A stretch of 64,000 nucleotides of DNA from an uncultured cyanobacterium (GCA_963740315.1 CAVUDP010000002.1:2720001-2784000); one strand, 5' to 3'. Counted from the first letter of the stretch, positions 31,571 to 42,943 are shown. Notes: generated from the sequence alone by a model not told the origin. Program-made: numbers and translations.

Positions 31571-32890
31571 CTAAAATTGCTTGACTGTTTGAGTTAAATT
31601 TTGACGCAGGGAAGGAATGGGTATTTTATTAATTATTTCCGCTGCGAAGGCGTTAATTAATAAGTGACGGGCGTTATTTTCATCGATTCCCCGACTTTGT
31701 AAGTAGAAAATTTCATCATCTTCTAACTGACTTACCGTAGCACCGTGAGCGCATTTGACGTTATCGGCAGTAATTTCTAATTGCGGTTTGGTATCTATTC
31801 TCGCTTGGGGAGATAGCATCAAGTTACGATTTAACTGCGATGCGTCTGTTAACTGCGCGGGTTTGGGAACAAAGATTTTACCGTTGAATACCCCATGCGC
31901 TTTATCCGCTACGATATTTTTCTGTAATTGCTTGCTGCTACTGTGAGGATGATTGAGAGCAAGGGCGCTGTGAGTATCTGCTAATTGATTGCCGGAAACC
32001 ATTGTCAAACCATTAAGCGTTGTTTCGGTTTGCTCGCCAGTTTGTAAAATTTCTAAATTGTGTCGCGACAGTTTTCCGCCAAAAGCGATCGCGTTACAGG
32101 TGTAGCGACTGTTACGCGCTTGGGTAACTGCTGTTTTCCCAATATGAAAAGCCTCTATACTATCGCGTTCAACTCTAGTATGATTAACGCTTGCGTTCTC
32201 ATCAACCCAGATTTCTGTAACGGCGTTATTTAAATAAATTTCTTTATCTTTCCCTACGTTTCCATTAATAAATTCTTCTACAAACGTCACTTCAGAACCA
32301 CTTTTGGCTACTACCAAACAACGCGGTTGAGAAATTGTTTTATCCCCAGCAGTAATAAATACTAAATGTATCGGTGTTTCTACTACCACGTTACGAGACA
32401 GCCAAATCACCGCCACATCAGAGATTCCGGCTGTATTTAGAGCCGTAAATACTTCTCTAGCTCCTTCAGCCTGTGCTAAATATTCCTTAACGAGTTCGCC
32501 GTCTAAATTAGGTAAACCAGATAAACTGCTAACTACAACTCCATCTGGTAAATTAGCGATCGCGGATAATTCTGATGCAAATACGCCGTTGACAAATACC
32601 AAGCGAGTCTCGCTAATTGCTGTAAAACAAGGGGAATCTGGAGATACAGTTTTCGTCTTTAGATTAAAATCAAGTTGACGTAATTCCGATAAATCGGTAA
32701 ACCGCCATTCTTCATCTTTCTTAGTTGGCAATGTCGAATGACGCACCCAATTCGCAGCTTCATCTTTTAATTGTTGCAGCCATCCTTTACTTTCAACGAC
32801 GCTAACTTTATCTACCAATCCACTTAAATAAGCATCTTTATTTAACAGCGCATCTGATAAACTCGTTTCTGGAGTTACTTCTGTATTCAT
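31571..32890 (-). CDS. sufD: Fe-S cluster assembly protein SufD
   Basis: EEWRFTDL, KPQLEITADNVKCAHGATV, FYLQSRGI; operon position. Confidence 0.95.
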   Translation of the reverse strand: MNTEVTPETSLSDALLNKDAYLSGLVDKVSVVESKGWLQQLKDEAANWVRHSTLPTKKDEEWRFTDLSELRQLDFNLKTKTVSPDSPCFTAISETRLVFVNGVFASELSAIANLPDGVVVSSLSGLPNLDGELVKEYLAQAEGAREVFTALNTAGISDVAVIWLSRNVVVETPIHLVFITAGDKTISQPRCLVVAKSGSEVTFVEEFINGNVGKDKEIYLNNAVTEIWVDENASVNHTRVERDSIEAFHIGKTAVTQARNSRYTCNAIAFGGKLSRHNLEILQTGEQTETTLNGLTMVSGNQLADTHSALALNHPHSSSKQLQKNIVADKAHGVFNGKIFVPKPAQLTDASQLNRNLMLSPQARIDTKPQLEITADNVKCAHGATVSQLEDDEIFYLQSRGIDENNARHLLINAFAAEIINKIPIPSLRQNLTQTVKQF

Positions 32891-33678
32891 TACACACCCA
32901 CCTCAACGCCAGCTTCTTCTAAAATCCAGTCGTAACCGCGAGCTTCCAACTCTAACGCTAACTCTTTACCGCCAGATTTAATAATTTGTCCTTTTGCCAT
33001 CACGTGAACGTAATCCGGCACAATATAGTTAAGCAATCGTTGATAATGGGTAATCATGATTGTGGCGTTTTCCGGGCTGGTTAACTCATTTACCCCATTT
33101 GCCACGATTTTCAAAGCGTCGATATCCAAACCAGAATCGGTTTCATCCAAAATTGCCAAATCTGGTTCCAGAAGCGCCATCTGCAAAATTTCATTGCGCT
33201 TTTTCTCGCCACCGGAAAACCCTTCATTTAAACTGCGATTGAGAAAAGCGGAGTCCATTTTTACAACTTCCAGCTTTTCCTCCACCACATCATCGAAATC
33301 AAAAGTGTCAATTTCTTCTAAACCCTGCGCTTTGCGTCGAGAATTGTAAGCGACTCGTAAAAAATCTAAATTGCTAACACCAGGTATTTCCAAAGGATAC
33401 TGAAACGCCAAAAATACACCATTTCTAGCTCTTTCTTCCGGTTCCATTTCCAGCAGATTTTGTTCGCGAAAAACCACTTCACCACCAGTTACTTCATAAC
33501 TAGGATGTCCCGCTAAAACCTTAGAAAACGTACTTTTACCAGAACCATTTGGTCCCATAATCGCATGAATTTCACCAGCACGCACCTCCAGATTTATACC
33601 TTTAAGAATCTGGTTTCCATCAATATTAGCCGTCAAATCTTTGACTGACAGCACAACTTTGCTATTTTCGTTAATCAT
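32890..33678 (-). CDS. sufC: Fe-S cluster assembly ATPase SufC
   Basis: [28 protein letters not shown]. Confidence 0.97.
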   Translation of the reverse strand: MINENSKVVLSVKDLTANIDGNQILKGINLEVRAGEIHAIMGPNGSGKSTFSKVLAGHPSYEVTGGEVVFREQNLLEMEPEERARNGVFLAFQYPLEIPGVSNLDFLRVAYNSRRKAQGLEEIDTFDFDDVVEEKLEVVKMDSAFLNRSLNEGFSGGEKKRNEILQMALLEPDLAILDETDSGLDIDALKIVANGVNELTSPENATIMITHYQRLLNYIVPDYVHVMAKGQIIKSGGKELALELEARGYDWILEEAGVEVGV

Positions 33679-33684
33679 ATGCCC

Positions 33685-33816
33685 GATTTTAGATTTTAGA
33701 TTTTAGATTTTGGATTTAAAAGAGTTAGGAGTTAGGAGTTAGGAGTTAGGAGTTATGAGTTATGAGTTATGAGTTATTTGTCCCCATCTCCCCATCTCCC
33801 CATCTCCCCATCTCCC
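33685..33816. repeat. Compound STRR: (TTTTAGA)n, (AGTTAGG/AGTTATG)n, (CCCCATCT)n in the sufB-sufC spacer
   Basis: Tandem 7- and 8-mers directly visible. Confidence 0.9.
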
Positions 33817-33818
33817 TC

Positions 33819-35255
33819 CTAACCGACACTTCCTTCCAACTTCAAACTCAACAATTTATCAGCTTCCACGGCAAACTCCATTGGTAGCTGATTAAATACA
33901 TCCTTACAAAAGCCGCTAATCATCATTGCGATCGCGTCTTCTGTGGAAATGCCGCGCTGAGAAAAGTAAAATAGTTGATCTTCCCCAATCTTGGAAGTAG
34001 AAGCTTCATGTTCTATTTTTCCAGTATTGTTCTGTACTTGAATATAAGGGAAAGTGTTGGCGTGGGCGTTATCTCCAATCAACATTGAGTCGCATTGAGA
34101 ATAATTTCTCGCTCCGTCAGCCTTGGGATTGACTTTCACCAAACCCCGATAGCTGTTACTAGATTTACCCGCAGAAATTCCTTTAGAAATAATTGTAGAA
34201 CGAGTATTTTTACCAACGTGAACCATTTTGCTTCCGGTATCGGCTTGCTGCATATTGTTAGTCAGCGCTACGGAATAAAATTCACCGACGGAATTATCCC
34301 CGACTAATACGCAGCTAGGATACTTCCAGGTAATCGCGGAACCAGTTTCTACCTGTGTCCAAGAAATTTTAGAATTTTTACCTTTACATAAACCGCGTTT
34401 AGTTACAAAATTGTAAATTCCGCCTTTACCATTTGCATCTCCGGCGTACCAGTTTTGGACGGTAGAGTATTTAATTTCGGCATTATCCAACGTTACAAGT
34501 TCCACCACTGCCGCGTGAAGCTGGTTGCTGTCGTACATTGGCGCGGTACAGCCTTCAAGATAGGAAACGTAACTATCTTCTTCGGCAACAATTAAAGTCC
34601 GCTCAAACTGTCCGGTATCCCCATTATTGATCCGGAAATAAGTAGACAATTCCATCGGACATTTTACGCCTTTAGGAATAAACACAAAAGAACCATCGCT
34701 GAAAACGGCAGCATTCAAAGCCGCGAAGTAGTTATCGGCAATGGGAACCACGCTTCCGAGATATTTCTGGATTAATTCCGGATGTTCCTGCAAAGCTTCA
34801 GAAATCGAACAGAAAATAACACCGTCTTCCGCTAGCTTTTCTTTAAAAGTAGTTGCTACAGATACGCTATCGAAAATCGCATCAACAGCAACATTCGCCA
34901 AACGCTTCTGTTCCGATAAAGGAATACCCAACTTTTCAAAGGTTTCCAATAAAGTTGGATCTACTTCATCTAAACTTTTTTTCTTCGCGCTTTGCTTAGG
35001 TGCTGAATAATAAATAATATTTTGGTAGTCGATCGCGGGATAACCCACACTAGCCCAATCGGGTTCCGTCATCTTCAACCACTGACGGTAAGCTTTGAGA
35101 CGAAACTCCAGCATAAATTCCGGTTCATTTTTCTTCGCACTGATGATGCGAACTACATCTTCACTTAAACCGCGAGGTATACTATCTGTCTCAATGTCCG
35201 TAATGAAGCCATATTTGTAAGGCTGGTTGACTAAAGTTTTTACGTTGGCACTCAT
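33819..35255 (-). CDS. sufB: Fe-S cluster assembly protein SufB
   Basis: [37 protein letters not shown]. Confidence 0.97.
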   Translation of the reverse strand: MSANVKTLVNQPYKYGFITDIETDSIPRGLSEDVVRIISAKKNEPEFMLEFRLKAYRQWLKMTEPDWASVGYPAIDYQNIIYYSAPKQSAKKKSLDEVDPTLLETFEKLGIPLSEQKRLANVAVDAIFDSVSVATTFKEKLAEDGVIFCSISEALQEHPELIQKYLGSVVPIADNYFAALNAAVFSDGSFVFIPKGVKCPMELSTYFRINNGDTGQFERTLIVAEEDSYVSYLEGCTAPMYDSNQLHAAVVELVTLDNAEIKYSTVQNWYAGDANGKGGIYNFVTKRGLCKGKNSKISWTQVETGSAITWKYPSCVLVGDNSVGEFYSVALTNNMQQADTGSKMVHVGKNTRSTIISKGISAGKSSNSYRGLVKVNPKADGARNYSQCDSMLIGDNAHANTFPYIQVQNNTGKIEHEASTSKIGEDQLFYFSQRGISTEDAIAMMISGFCKDVFNQLPMEFAVEADKLLSLKLEGSVG

Positions 35256-35380
35256 TGCTTATATTCTCTTGCGTTCTCTTCTTAGTACTCTCTTTAAGGA
35301 TGGGAGACGGGCTGTTAAACCGACATTCCCATATTGCGTGACTGTAAACGCGACTGTTACAATAATTATGTAGACTAAAG

Positions 35381-35440
35381 CAACAACAAAGTTGTTTTAA
35401 TCTATCTTCATTTTACGCTAGATTAACAACATTGATGTTG
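35381..35440. promoter_or_regulatory. Two SufR operator sites (CAAC-N6-GTTG) in the sufB-sufR divergent promoter
   Basis: CAAC-AACAAA-GTTG at 35381-35394 and CAAC-ATTGAT-GTTG at 35427-35440 match the established cyanobacterial SufR box. Confidence 0.85.
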
Positions 35441-35477
35441 TCAAAGTGAAATTTTCTTTAATATTCTTAGGACGACG

Positions 35478-36167
35478 ATGGAAACTAGCCAGCAGTCCTC
35501 AACCAAACAAGATATCTTGAATTATCTGCTCAAAGAGTATAAGGCTACAGCTTTGCAGCTTTCTACAGCTTTGAATGTAAGTCCTCAAGCGATTCGTCGC
35601 CATTTAAAAGATTTGGAGGGTGAAGAGTTAATAATTTATACCTCCGAACAAATGGGGATGGGAAGACCTCAACACGTTTATCAATTGAGTGATAAAGGCA
35701 AAGAGCGCCTGCGCCGAGAAGTTGGGGACAGTTACGGAAAATTTGCCGTTTCCTTACTAGACACTTTAGCAGAAACAGTAGGACCAGACCAAGTAAGTTC
35801 GATTTTACAAAAACAATGGGAGCGTAAAGCCGAAGAATACCGGCGAATTTTGGGTAAAGGTTCCCTCGATCGAAGAGTAGCGGCTTTGGTGGAGCTGAGA
35901 AAATCTGAAGGTTTTATGGCTGAATACCATCCTGTAGAAACGCAAGATTCACAAGCAGAAGAGAAATTTATTTTTTTAGAGCATAATTGTGCAATTTCCA
36001 ATGTTGTCGAGTCATTCCCCAGCGTTTGCGGGCATGAATTGGAAATGTTTATTGCCGTTTTACCCGACTGTACCGTAGAGCGTACCCATTGGATTATCGA
36101 TGGGGAACACCGCTGTGGTTATTTAGTAAAAGCGAAGAATCAGTTATCAGTGAACAGTGAACAGTGA
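35478..36167 (+). CDS. sufR: Fe-S cluster biosynthesis transcriptional regulator SufR
   Basis: N-terminal HTH (QAIRRHLKDL, GRPQHVY), HNCAI..VCGHELE...CGY; divergent from sufB. Confidence 0.95.
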   Translation: METSQQSSTKQDILNYLLKEYKATALQLSTALNVSPQAIRRHLKDLEGEELIIYTSEQMGMGRPQHVYQLSDKGKERLRREVGDSYGKFAVSLLDTLAETVGPDQVSSILQKQWERKAEEYRRILGKGSLDRRVAALVELRKSEGFMAEYHPVETQDSQAEEKFIFLEHNCAISNVVESFPSVCGHELEMFIAVLPDCTVERTHWIIDGEHRCGYLVKAKNQLSVNSEQ

Positions 36168-36208
36168 ACAGTTACCAGTTACCAGTTACCAGTTACCAGT
36201 TACCAGTT
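36141..36208. repeat. STRR (CAGTGAA)n/(CAGTTAC)n overlapping the sufR 3' end
   Basis: Heptamer tandems encode the terminal SVNSEQ* of SufR. Confidence 0.85.
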
Positions 36209-36312
36209 AAGAGTTAGTAGTTAAGAATTTAAATTTTCTACTTATCTTTCAATGCCCAATCCCCATTCACCGGAGGTGGGAGGTAGCCCAATCCCCATTA
36301 TTAATCTAAATT

Positions 36313-36564
36313 ATGGAACCACAACCAACTACACAGTTTTTAACTTTAGAAGAATCAGGGAAAGTTGATGGTGCTTTACTTTCTTCTCCAGAGAAATTTT
36401 TAGCACGATTGACAATTTCTTCATTAAGGGTATTACAGCAGATAGCGAAAGAAAATAATGTTGCTGTAGAAGAATTAACCACAAAGCAAATTATTGATTG
36501 GTTTGAGAAAGATGGAAAAATTAGACGAGAAAAAGGAGTCGAAGCCGCATTTTTGAAGTGGTGA
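36313..36564 (+). CDS. Conserved small hypothetical protein
   Basis: 83-aa ORF, ALLSSPEKFLARLTISS...WFEKD. Confidence 0.7.
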   Translation: MEPQPTTQFLTLEESGKVDGALLSSPEKFLARLTISSLRVLQQIAKENNVAVEELTTKQIIDWFEKDGKIRREKGVEAAFLKW

Positions 36565-36596
36565 TTTATCGCACTATTAACGAGAGAGTTCTTGTA

Positions 36597-37469
36597 TCAA
36601 GGCTTAATTAATTGTTTTAAAGGTTTCAATGTCAAAGCTATAGGGTTATTTGCCGGTTCAAAGATGTTATTGATAAATTTGGCATCTTTGGCTAAACCCC
36701 ATTTTTCTTGAAAATGTTTTATGCTTTTACGTTTCCAAACGTAATTCCAACGCAAGTAATAGTAGGGAATATCTGATAGGCTTAATTCTTTTACCCCAAT
36801 ATAATTAACAATACTTTTGGGTTCTAAGTAAATGCTTCCCCCGACTGCAAATACTGATAAAGAAAAGTCAATTTCTTCGATAAAAGCTAAATTTTCATCC
36901 AAATTACCTATCTGCTGGAGAATAGATGTACGCGCTAAAACACAATTGAAATCTATTATTTGTGTTGGCTCCCGCGTTAGCAAATGTTTAACGCGATCGT
37001 AATCATTTTTGAGAAATAAGCGGTTTTCAAATAAATCTAAACTACCATCTTTGTATTCAAACTCTAAGCTACCTCCAGCAAAGTGAATGTGCTGTTCCGA
37101 TTCTTGCAAACAAACTGGACTAACTACCGAAGCATTGGTTTCTTGAGCGCACTGCATGAGATTGTTTAACCAATTCGGAGTTACTAAAACATCATTGTTG
37201 ATAAAAACAACATATTCAGTATCTATGTGCTTTAAAGCAATGTTACGTGCTTGATTGGGAGATACATATTTTTCTGTAGATATTAAGCGAAATCCCTTTT
37301 CTTTGGATTCCATTTCTAAATATTGCTTAATTCTTCTAGGTGAATTTCCGTCTACATAAATTAGTTTAAAAGGAATATTTGTGTGCTGATAAATACTTTC
37401 AAGTGATTCTTGAGTATAGCTGAACAGTTGGTGAGGCACTACTATAACTGTAACTTGCGGATATGACAT
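36597..37469 (-). CDS. Glycosyltransferase family 2, paralog of 1895..2941
   Basis: Near-identical N-terminus (ESLESIY..T.IPFKL.YVDGNSP); DxD is degenerate (FINND). Confidence 0.8.
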   Translation of the reverse strand: MSYPQVTVIVVPHQLFSYTQESLESIYQHTNIPFKLIYVDGNSPRRIKQYLEMESKEKGFRLISTEKYVSPNQARNIALKHIDTEYVVFINNDVLVTPNWLNNLMQCAQETNASVVSPVCLQESEQHIHFAGGSLEFEYKDGSLDLFENRLFLKNDYDRVKHLLTREPTQIIDFNCVLARTSILQQIGNLDENLAFIEEIDFSLSVFAVGGSIYLEPKSIVNYIGVKELSLSDIPYYYLRWNYVWKRKSIKHFQEKWGLAKDAKFINNIFEPANNPIALTLKPLKQLIKP

Positions 37470-37631
37470 AAAATTCTCGATCGACGAATATCAAATATTT
37501 TATTTATTTATTCAACGATATCCTTTATTCGTAGAAAAAGTATAAATTTAAGATGCTTACTTACATAAAAAAACGTAAGTTTAAGTTAAAATTATTTTAA
37601 TGAATAAGTAATGACTAAGTAAAGATACTTT

Positions 37632-37785
37632 AGACATCTCCGGAAAACCATTATATAGTTTTAAATTTACACAAAGACCTAACCCCCCTGCCCCCCTTCC
37701 GAGCATCGGGAAGTGGGGTAATAAGCCTCTCTCCCTGTGGGGGAGAGGTTTGTATACAGTTCTTTTTTTCTTTCCGAAGATGTCT
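37632..37785. mobile_element. MITE-like element with 15-bp terminal inverted repeats and internal G/C hairpins
   Basis: AGACATCTCCGGAAA ... TTTCCGAAGATGTCT (1 mismatch); internal CCCCTTCCG/CGGGAAGTGGG and CCTCTCTCC/GGGGAGAGG. Confidence 0.65.
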
Positions 37786-37898
37786 TTTATAAATGGTGTT
37801 TCTCAGAAATTGCACCATAGTAATTTCTAGTTCGTTGAAACACATTTTATCTAAAATTCACCTTGTAATATTTCTATATCCGTATCTTTGTACAAACA

Positions 37899-37926
37899 AA
37901 AAAGCACCCGGTACCGAGTGCTTTTC
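37899..37926. terminator. Probable intrinsic (possibly bidirectional) terminator
   Basis: AAAAGCAC-CCGGTACCGA-GTGCTTTT hairpin just downstream of the minus-strand gene ending at 37961. Confidence 0.6.
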
Positions 37927-37960
37927 TATTTATTAAAAAACAAGTTTTATATACAGATTT

Positions 37961-38593
37961 TTAAGCGTTATTATGACGAACGCGGGGAGTACGTGCGCCG
38001 ACTGCTGCTCCAATCATTGATGCGATTAAACCGAGCAAAGAACCGAATACAAACCACCATAAACCTTTGGAAGTTGCAGCGGCAATATCAGCAGCTTGCT
38101 GTGCGGTAATGTTAGGTACATTGGCAGGAATATTAGCACCTTGTATTTGTACCTGATTGAGTACTTCTCCAGCATTGTAAGCTGCAACGCCGAAAGCTCC
38201 AGATACACCACTTGCGAGCAACCAAGAACTAACAGCCAAAGTTGTAGCCCAAAGAATTGCACCGTTTAACAAAGCCGTACTGCGATTCATCGGACCGCAC
38301 GCACGTGTTGTAATCCAACCCGCAACAAACAAGGAAAGTAGTAAAGCAATTGTTGACCAAATACCTACATTACCTGCAATGTTGGGTGCAATCGCGTTAG
38401 GTGCGCCAGAGTCGGAAACAAAGGTAGCTCCGATCGCACCAAATAAAGCGCTCAAAATTAGCTGAGTAGACAAACCAACCAGCAAACCGGAAATAATCGG
38501 ACCCCAACGCACGCGATCGTGGTAATCTACTACTCTACTTGCTACAGCAGGTTCCGTAATTACTTCGTCACCAACTCTATTTACATATGACAT
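37961..38593 (-). CDS. Hypothetical integral membrane protein
   Basis: DRVRWGPIISG N-terminus and ~4 TM helices; GGAG RBS. Confidence 0.75.
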   Translation of the reverse strand: MSYVNRVGDEVITEPAVASRVVDYHDRVRWGPIISGLLVGLSTQLILSALFGAIGATFVSDSGAPNAIAPNIAGNVGIWSTIALLLSLFVAGWITTRACGPMNRSTALLNGAILWATTLAVSSWLLASGVSGAFGVAAYNAGEVLNQVQIQGANIPANVPNITAQQAADIAAATSKGLWWFVFGSLLGLIASMIGAAVGARTPRVRHNNA

Positions 38594-39078
38594 TATTTAA
38601 TTTCTCCTTACTTTTTTCACTAAAAACTTTTTTTAGCAATACTACTGCTGATAATTACTAATTAAATGACAAATTTGAATATTTCATATCTATCCAACGG
38701 AATAGTTAGTAACTCTATCCCCAGCGATATTTTATTAATTTTCTTTACTAATTAAAGTTAACTTTTATTAAAAGTTTAATTTGATATAGTTAAAATATTT
38801 TTTTGATAAAGATACGATGAAAAAAATAGGAATGTTTACTTGACCATATTGCTTAATCTCTATCTATAAAACGCTTTAAGCGAAAGTGCTTGCGACAAAT
38901 TACCATTTTAAAAAGGTTATTAGCTGTTTAGCAAATGCTTTAAATGTAGTAGATAACAACATACTGGAGACATGATAATTAAGTCAAGATAGTTAATAAA
39001 AATTGCGTCTCCAGGATGCTGGGAATTGATTAAGCTTTTTGGAAATAATTATTCATAGTAATGCAGCTTGTATTGATG

Positions 39079-39408
39079 TTATTCACGAGTTCTTACAGCA
39101 GTACCAACAGCAGTAATTAGTAACAAAACACCAGATTGGTCAACATTAATGGTGCCGGTATCAATTTCAATGCCGATAACAGCATTTGCTCCCAAACGCT
39201 GTGCCCGTTTTTCTAATTCCGCCAGTGCTTTTTGCTGCCCTTCTTCAAATAAGCGTTCGTAACTAGCCGTGCGCCCACCGATAATATCTCTCAAACCAGC
39301 GAAAAAATCTCTGATAAAATTGCTGCCATAAACAACTTCTGCCGTCACAACGCCCAAATATGACTCAACAATGGCTCCCTGAATCACATCGGTAGTAGTT
39401 ATAATCAT
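39079..39408 (-). CDS. YbjQ/UPF0145 family (putative heavy-metal-binding) protein
   Basis: MIITTTD, RDFFAGLRDIIGGR..YE, GANAVIGI, GTAV. Confidence 0.9.
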   Translation of the reverse strand: MIITTTDVIQGAIVESYLGVVTAEVVYGSNFIRDFFAGLRDIIGGRTASYERLFEEGQQKALAELEKRAQRLGANAVIGIEIDTGTINVDQSGVLLLITAVGTAVRTRE

Positions 39409-39958
39409 GGGTTTACCTCAAAAAGACTTTTCTAATTTCTAAGATCGATTGTTAATGATTTTGCAATAAAATAAATCCTCCTCCCGCATTTTGCGTTTTC
39501 ATATTTTTAGATAAATAGTAGTCTGTCGCGCAGCATCAAGAAGATGTATATTAGTAATTTTCTCAAAAATCAAAGGCTTATTTCCAACGATGCATATTAA
39601 CGTAGCTCTACTAAATAATAGTCAATCGCTTTGACAATTGTATTTATACTGATTTTTTGTTAACTGCAATACTTTAAAACTAAGGAAGAATATGTAAAAA
39701 TATATTCTTGTTAAGTAACTAGCTATGGAAGCCTTAGATCGTTTAAGACAGACATTTATTGTTCACAATAGCAAAAAAACATCTCATAACCGAATAATTA
39801 CCTAAAATAAACGAATTTATATTAAGTTAACGATAAATTAATCGTAAAGTTAAAAAAAAGTAAGCCGTAAGAGTTTTCAAAATAGAATATTTTTGTTTTA
39901 ATGGACAAGCATAATTTTAAGTTGTGATGAAGTTGCGAAAACTTTCGGGTATTTAACT

Positions 39959-40642
39959 GTGTACAATCGAACATATTCTCTCATCGGTGTTCTCTCGATC
40001 GCAAGTATTGTTGCTGCAATGCCAATTGAAGCTCAGGCTCAAGTTAAAGTAGCGCAGGCTAAAAGCACTCAGGAGGTTAAAAATCTCCTGGATGAAGGAA
40101 GCAGGCTCGTAAAATCTGGTGACTTTAATGCCGCAATCAAAGTTTATCAAGAAGCTTCGAGCTTAGAACCCAAAAACGGCAGCATTTATTCTGGTATCGG
40201 ATACTTGTATGCTCAACAGCGTAATTATCCTGCTGCATTAGCTGCTTACCGTCGTGCTGTAGCCCTGAATCCGGATAATGGTGATTATCAATATGCTTTA
40301 GGCTACGTTAGCGGCAGTATGGGCGATAATAAAACTGCTAAGGAAGCTTACCGCAAATCAATCCAGGTCGATCGTACAAATGTTAATTCCTATATCGGAT
40401 TAGCTTTAATCTTGTTGCGTTTGGGGGAATACGAGAACGCTAAGTGGGCATACGAAAAAGTTGTAGAATTAGATCCCAAGAATCCTCAAGCTTACGAGTT
40501 AAGAGGTAGAATCTTGATGAAAAAAGGTCAGTCGAAAGAAGCGGCAGGAGCTTTAAAGAAAGCACTGAATTTATACGAAAGCCAGAAAAAATGGGATAGT
40601 GTTGCTCGAATCGATGCAATGTTGCGAGACATCGAAAGCTAA
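39959..40642 (+). CDS. Secreted TPR-repeat protein
   Basis: Signal-peptide-like N-terminus (A-Q-A) and about five TPR motifs; GTG start. Confidence 0.85.
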   Translation: MYNRTYSLIGVLSIASIVAAMPIEAQAQVKVAQAKSTQEVKNLLDEGSRLVKSGDFNAAIKVYQEASSLEPKNGSIYSGIGYLYAQQRNYPAALAAYRRAVALNPDNGDYQYALGYVSGSMGDNKTAKEAYRKSIQVDRTNVNSYIGLALILLRLGEYENAKWAYEKVVELDPKNPQAYELRGRILMKKGQSKEAAGALKKALNLYESQKKWDSVARIDAMLRDIES

Positions 40643-40800
40643 ACTTCTGAGGATTCTTAGTTACACGTGAAGAGTTGTTGATGCTTGAAGTTAATGGCAG
40701 CATCTCCACTTCTAAATTTGCCTTCAATAATTTCTAGCATTGCTATCTACCTTCATCCTATTATTTTGGTTTCCCTCGTGTCGTTTATCAGTATAAAATT

Positions 40801-40831
40801 GAAGTGAGTGGGGCTTTCGTCCACTTGCTTC
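40801..40831 (+). terminator. Hairpin, possible terminator
   Basis: GAAGTGAGTGG-GGCTTTCGT-CCACTTGCTTC. Confidence 0.4.
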
Positions 40832-41190
40832 ATTCTCCATTATTATGATGATATTTTATTCATATTACACGGTAACAAAACAGTAAAAAAATATAAGTTT
40901 TATCGCTAATTTTTATTCGTAAATATATTTCTTTAATACTTGGCGTAGCGTTTTTACCAAATCGCCAAATATTTTTGATAATTTCGATAATTAATAAAAC
41001 TGCTTACCTCCGCTTCAAATCAAAAGCCTACCTAAAGACTCAATAATTCAATTTTTGGCAAAAATTAACTATTTCTCAAGTCCAGCTTAAATTTTTATTA
41101 ACTTTGATTACAATAAAAGTCACTGCATTAAATTTTAGTGCAGCTAAATCAAGTTTGTATTACACCAATGCTGAGGTTGAGATGCTAATA

Positions 41191-42220
41191 ATGCTAAAAA
41201 CGTTTGGTCGTTGGAGTAAGCTGAAGTTAGGCGAAATATGGAACAGTAATAGCGGTGATTGGCACTGGTTATCGGAAAAGCCCATGCCGATCGCGGGTAT
41301 TAACCGCAAGTTGTGGAGGGGGGCTGTACCTTCATTAAGTTTCTACACTCTGCTTGCTATGTCAGCGGTAATCTCTACTTTGGGATTGTTAGCAAATAGT
41401 GCGGCGACAATTATCGGCGCGATGATTATTGCTCCTTTGATGGGACCAATAATTGCTATTGCTTACACTGTTGTATCGGGAAATCAGCGTTTATTAAAGC
41501 GTTCGGGTTTTACGCTATTTAAAGGTGTATTGCTGACAATTGTTATTTCGATTGTGATTACTAAATTAGTTGGTATCAGAACTTTCGGCTCGGAAATTAT
41601 GGGACGCACTAGTCCTACACTGTTGGATTTAGGAGTAGCATTAGCAGCAGGTGGGGCTGGTGGTTTTGCTTTAACTCGCCGCAGCATTGCCAATGCTTTA
41701 CCGGGGGTGGCAATCTCTGTAGCTTTAGTTCCACCTTTGAGCGTGGTGGGAATTGGTATAGGCATGGGTTCAAACTCGAATCGCAGCTGGTTCCGGACTT
41801 TTGTTTCTCGCCAACTTAGCTGGTATTATCTTTAGTGGTTCCCTGGTATTTTTAGCTCACAATTACGGTTCTTTTCAAAAGGCTCGTCATGGTTTGGTAA
41901 TATCAATTGCAGCTTTGGCTATGCTTGCTTTACCTTTGGGTTTATCTTTAGATACATTTTTAGTCAAAGAACAAACGCGCCGTCAAATTGAGTATTTGGT
42001 TTTTCGTCAAACTAATACTTTTTCACGTTCGGATATTAGAGCAATTCAAGTACAGCAACAGGGAGAAAAGCTGATAGTTGATATGGAAATTGCGGTTCCT
42101 TTTAATTCCCTTTCACAACAACAAGTGCAGTTGGTTCAACAAATTTTACAAGATAAGTTGAAAAAACCACTGACTTTAAATATTAAGGTAATTCCTACTC
42201 AAGAATATACAGCTAGTTGA
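41191..42220 (+). pseudogene. DUF389/TIGR00341 family membrane protein, frameshifted near 41770-41780
   Basis: ATIIGAMIIAPLMGP, RTSPTLLDL and LPGVAISVALVPPL continue in the +1 frame as IAAGSGLLFLANLAGIIFSG. Confidence 0.75.
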
Positions 42221-42223
42221 AAT

Positions 42224-42943
42224 ATGCAACGAATCGCGATCGCACCTTCTCAATTTCAAAACGAACAGATAATACTCACTTCACAACAACAGCATTATCT
42301 ATATCGGGTGTTGCGGTTGCAAAAGGGCGATAAATTCATTGCGATGGATGGGATGGGTAAATGGTGGTTATCTCAGTTAAGTAATACCAACGCACAAATA
42401 TTACACGAGTTAATTATACAAACCGAGCTACCAATCGATGTAACCTTGATGGTGGCTTTACCTAAAGGCAACGGCTTTGATGATATTGTCCGTTGTTGTA
42501 CTGAATTGGGTGTTAACTGTATTGCTCCAGTTATTAGCGATCGCACTTTATTAAAACCCAGTTCCCAAAAGCTCGAACGTTGGAGGAGAATCGCCACAGA
42601 AGCCGCAGAGCAATCGGAAAGAACCAAGGTACCTCAAATTTTAGAACCAGTTGATTTTAATAAAAGCATTTTATCATTTACAAAACAAGCAAAATATATT
42701 TGTGTTGCTCGCGGTGATTCCCCTCATTTACTTGAATGTTTGCGTTTGTCAGCAGAAACAGATAGTAGCGAAGATAAAAATGTAATTATTGCAACAGGTG
42801 CAGAAGGCGGATGGACTCAAAAAGAAGTTGAAACCGCGCTACAAAACGGCTTCAAACCAGTTTCATTAGGTAGTCGCATCCTCCGCGCAGTCACAGCACC
42901 CATTGTCGCAATGTCCCTAATTTCCGCAGTAAGTGAAGTATAA
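42224..42943 (+). CDS. rsmE: 16S rRNA m3U1498 methyltransferase
   Basis: HYLYRVLRL, TELGV, EAAEQSER, GAEGGW, SLGSRILRAVTA. Confidence 0.93.
   Translation: MQRIAIAPSQFQNEQIILTSQQQHYLYRVLRLQKGDKFIAMDGMGKWWLSQLSNTNAQILHELIIQTELPIDVTLMVALPKGNGFDDIVRCCTELGVNCIAPVISDRTLLKPSSQKLERWRRIATEAAEQSERTKVPQILEPVDFNKSILSFTKQAKYICVARGDSPHLLECLRLSAETDSSEDKNVIIATGAEGGWTQKEVETALQNGFKPVSLGSRILRAVTAPIVAMSLISAVSEV

Noticed and set aside
37651..37845. 64-aa ORF
   Set aside because: Runs through the MITE-like element and has no coding signature
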